In this document: positions 36,836-38,202 of the stretch, piece by piece
How the letters are laid out: each line of letters begins with the position of its first letter
Numbering within the stretch: position 1 is the stretch's first letter
NCBI RefSeq assembly: GCF_001194135.2
Contig: NC_068988.1
Span: forward strand, 35,400,682 to 35,438,883
From: Octopus bimaculoides
Taxonomy: Eukaryota
Length of the DNA: 38,202 nt
Direction: 5' to 3'
Program-made: the position numbers and the translations under genes
Notes under the pieces: model-generated
Told to the model about the DNA's origin: nothing
Seen by the model: the letters and a program-made list of their open reading frames with translations, nothing else
Database searches by the model: none

Positions 36836-37732
36836 GTAAGTACCATTACAAAGAACACATTTTTGCCAATGAGTTACAAACATTTATTCCGCTAACATAA
36901 AAAGCTGGAGGTCTGGATCGGCTGTCTACTCAGAAATCGTTTAAACCATTTTCGAACTGACCACTCACTGGTCATTTCCTCACGTTGATATCGCGGGCAG
37001 TTTCAGCCACGTTATGTCTCTTTTTGAACTTAAATAGCAAAATTGCTCGAATATCGTGCTTTTACAGTTCCATTAGATGAATTTAGGCAAGTGTATGTTT
37101 GTATTATCAGACGACTGCAAAAAATTGTTGAAATAAAATTCAAAACACTGCAAATGTCCCAACTGGTNNNNNNNNNNNNNNNNNNNNNNNNNNNNNNNNN
37201 NNNNNNNNNNNNNNNNNNNNNNNNNNNNNNNNNNNNNNNNNNNNNNNNNNNNNNNNNNNNNNNNNNNNNNNNNNNNNNNNNNNNNNNNNNNNNNNNNNNN
37301 NNNNNNNNNNNNNNNNNNNNNNNNNNNNNNNNNNNNNNNNNNNNNNNNNNNNNNNNNNNNNNNNNNNNNNNNNNNNNNNNNNNNNNNNNNNNNNNNNNNN
37401 NNNNNNNNNNNNNNNNNNNNNNNNNNNNNNNNNNNNNNNNNNNNNNNNNNNNNNNNNNNNNNNNNNNNNNNNNNNNNNNNNNNNNNNNNNNNNNNNNNNN
37501 NNNNNNNNNNNNNNNNNNNNNNNNNNNNNNNNNNNNNNNNNNNNNNNNNNNNNNNNNNNNNNNNNNNNNNNNNNNNNNNNNNNNNNNNNNNNNNNNNNNN
37601 NNNNNNNNNNNNNNNNNNNNNNNNNNNNNNNNNNNNNNNNNNNNNNNNNNNNNNNNNNNNNNNNNNNNNNNNNNNNNNNNNNNNNNNNNNNNNNNNNNNN
37701 NNNNNNNNNNNNNNNNNNNNNNNNNNNNNNNN

Positions 37733-37768
<36 letters not shown>

Positions 37769-38202
37769 CAGGATGTTTGTGTGTGTGTGTGTACGTGATG
37801 TGGGTTATGCACATCCACAAATTAGCACGCATGTCGCTCCAATTTTAGGAGGACATTGTTCATGACCCTATCTGTGTTTTTGTCAACTTTTTCTCACAGA
37901 GGCACCCGCGTATAGCTGTAAAAATCGATAAACTTTTACCAATTTTGAAGTTTGTTGACATGGCGAAGTCAAATCTGTGCGTACTCGCTTGAAGGAGAGA
38001 CAGAGAGAGAGAGAAAGAAAGAAAGAGAGGGAGAAAGAAAGAAAGAGTCAGAAAGAAAGAAAGAGAGAGAGAAAGATAAAAGAGAGAAAGAAGGAAATAG
38101 TGTGTTTGTGACAAGGGGAGAAACAGAGTGTTTGCCAAGGAAAAAAAAATTCTCTCACCAAGACAGCGTCTACCAAAAAAAAAAAAGGAACGAACAAGTG
38201 GA

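Noticed and set aside
31993-37165. Faint resemblance of the joined micro-exon peptide to the N-terminus of cache-domain (alpha2delta/CACHD1-like) proteins
   Set aside because: Only a few scattered identities in a hypothetical splice product; not enough to assign a family or gene symbol.

Overview
This is AT-rich, microsatellite-saturated animal genomic DNA from a gapped draft assembly with 8 N-runs, nearly all flanked by microsatellites. The SINE families resemble ones I recall from octopus genomes, so the source is probably a coleoid cephalopod; this is inference and was not verified by search. It contains no recognisable protein-coding gene, rRNA, intact tRNA or CRISPR array, and almost all ORFs in the track are translations of simple repeats or N-runs. 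The well-supported content is mobile-element debris. There are four Dong/R4-clade non-LTR retrotransposon remnants, two of them stacked with a third element inside one (TAA)n array at 6.6-8.1 kb. There is also an RTE LINE remnant, a Penelope-like GIY-YIG remnant, three tRNA-derived SINE families (8 copies) and three non-autonomous DNA elements. The most unusual items are (i) a tRNA-headed SINE carrying a Penelope-type minimal hammerhead ribozyme and a Penelope-style inverted 5' end (24.5-24.9 kb), and (ii) a ~260-nt fold-back whose non-Watson-Crick pairs are strongly biased to G-U on the + strand (19.7-20.0 kb). Several splice-site-bounded exon candidates occur on both strands, including a speculative two-exon peptide-precursor model. 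All of these are low confidence without RNA data.
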